Shown one piece after another: positions 63,487-64,000 of a stretch of DNA of 64,000 nucleotides. The position numbers and the translations under genes are program-made. Source of the DNA: Protoeuglena noctilucae (taxonomy: Eukaryota); assembly GCA_958009085.1 (NCBI GenBank), contig OY253672.1, positions 806,001 to 870,000 of the forward strand, written 5' to 3'. The notes under the pieces are model-generated. The model saw only the letters and a list, made by a program, of their open reading frames with translations. It made no database searches and was not told the origin of the DNA. Numbering within the stretch: position 1 is the first letter of the stretch; each line of letters opens with the position of its first letter.

Positions 63487-64000
63487 ATACCCGCACTTGC
63501 GGTTGAAAGAGCGAACGCTCGGCACAGCGGCGAGTTGGGGCGTGCTTCTGGAACCACGCGGGTTGTGGCGGCCGAATCAAAGTCGTCGATCCTTCCTGCC
63601 GCCGATGCGGCCGCTGCGGAACGCAGGAAGCCGAATATAATGAATGGATGTGGATTAAGACGGCAATAGCGCGGGGGTAGCGAGGTTTCCTGCCCCATCA
63701 TGCATGTCTGTGAAACGGTGCAGCAGAAAGAGGATCGCACATGCAACAGCGGGCGTGAAATGCAGTTTGGAGAACGACCTGTGAACCGCAGAACTATTCG
63801 GAGAGTTGTGAGCCCTGCCGTGGAGAGCGAATCCACTGGGGCCCACACTGCGCCTCCTTTCCTGGCGAGCCCGATGCAAATCAGAGGACTTCGAATCATG
63901 GATGGGACTGCGAGCTGATCGCAGCGCGAGGGAGTCTCGGAAGAGGCATAGGGATGAAGAGCCTGGCTCGCGCACAGCGTGTTTTGCGCGCAGCGTGTCT

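Overview
Gene-dense, very GC-rich eukaryotic nuclear DNA with many short spliceosomal introns. Gene content (GAPN, GDP-L-galactose phosphorylase, PAO-like Rieske, PSR1/PHR-like MYB-CC, VTC polyphosphate polymerase) indicates a green alga. About 26 intron-containing genes were reconstructed by manual splicing, so start and exon coordinates are approximate. There is one 200-N gap and a perfect-looking 3x tandem 1358-bp segment. Main observations: (1) an intron-split, apparently non-AUG upstream ORF in the GGP/VTC2 leader encoding a peptide like the land-plant ascorbate-feedback uORF; (2) an in-frame spliced guanylate kinase-SDR fusion; (3) at least 10 GC-AG introns; (4) a membrane-anchored bZIP17/28-like factor; (5) tandem duplications of splice sites inside introns; (6) a truncated haemoglobin with a C-terminal hydrophobic tail.
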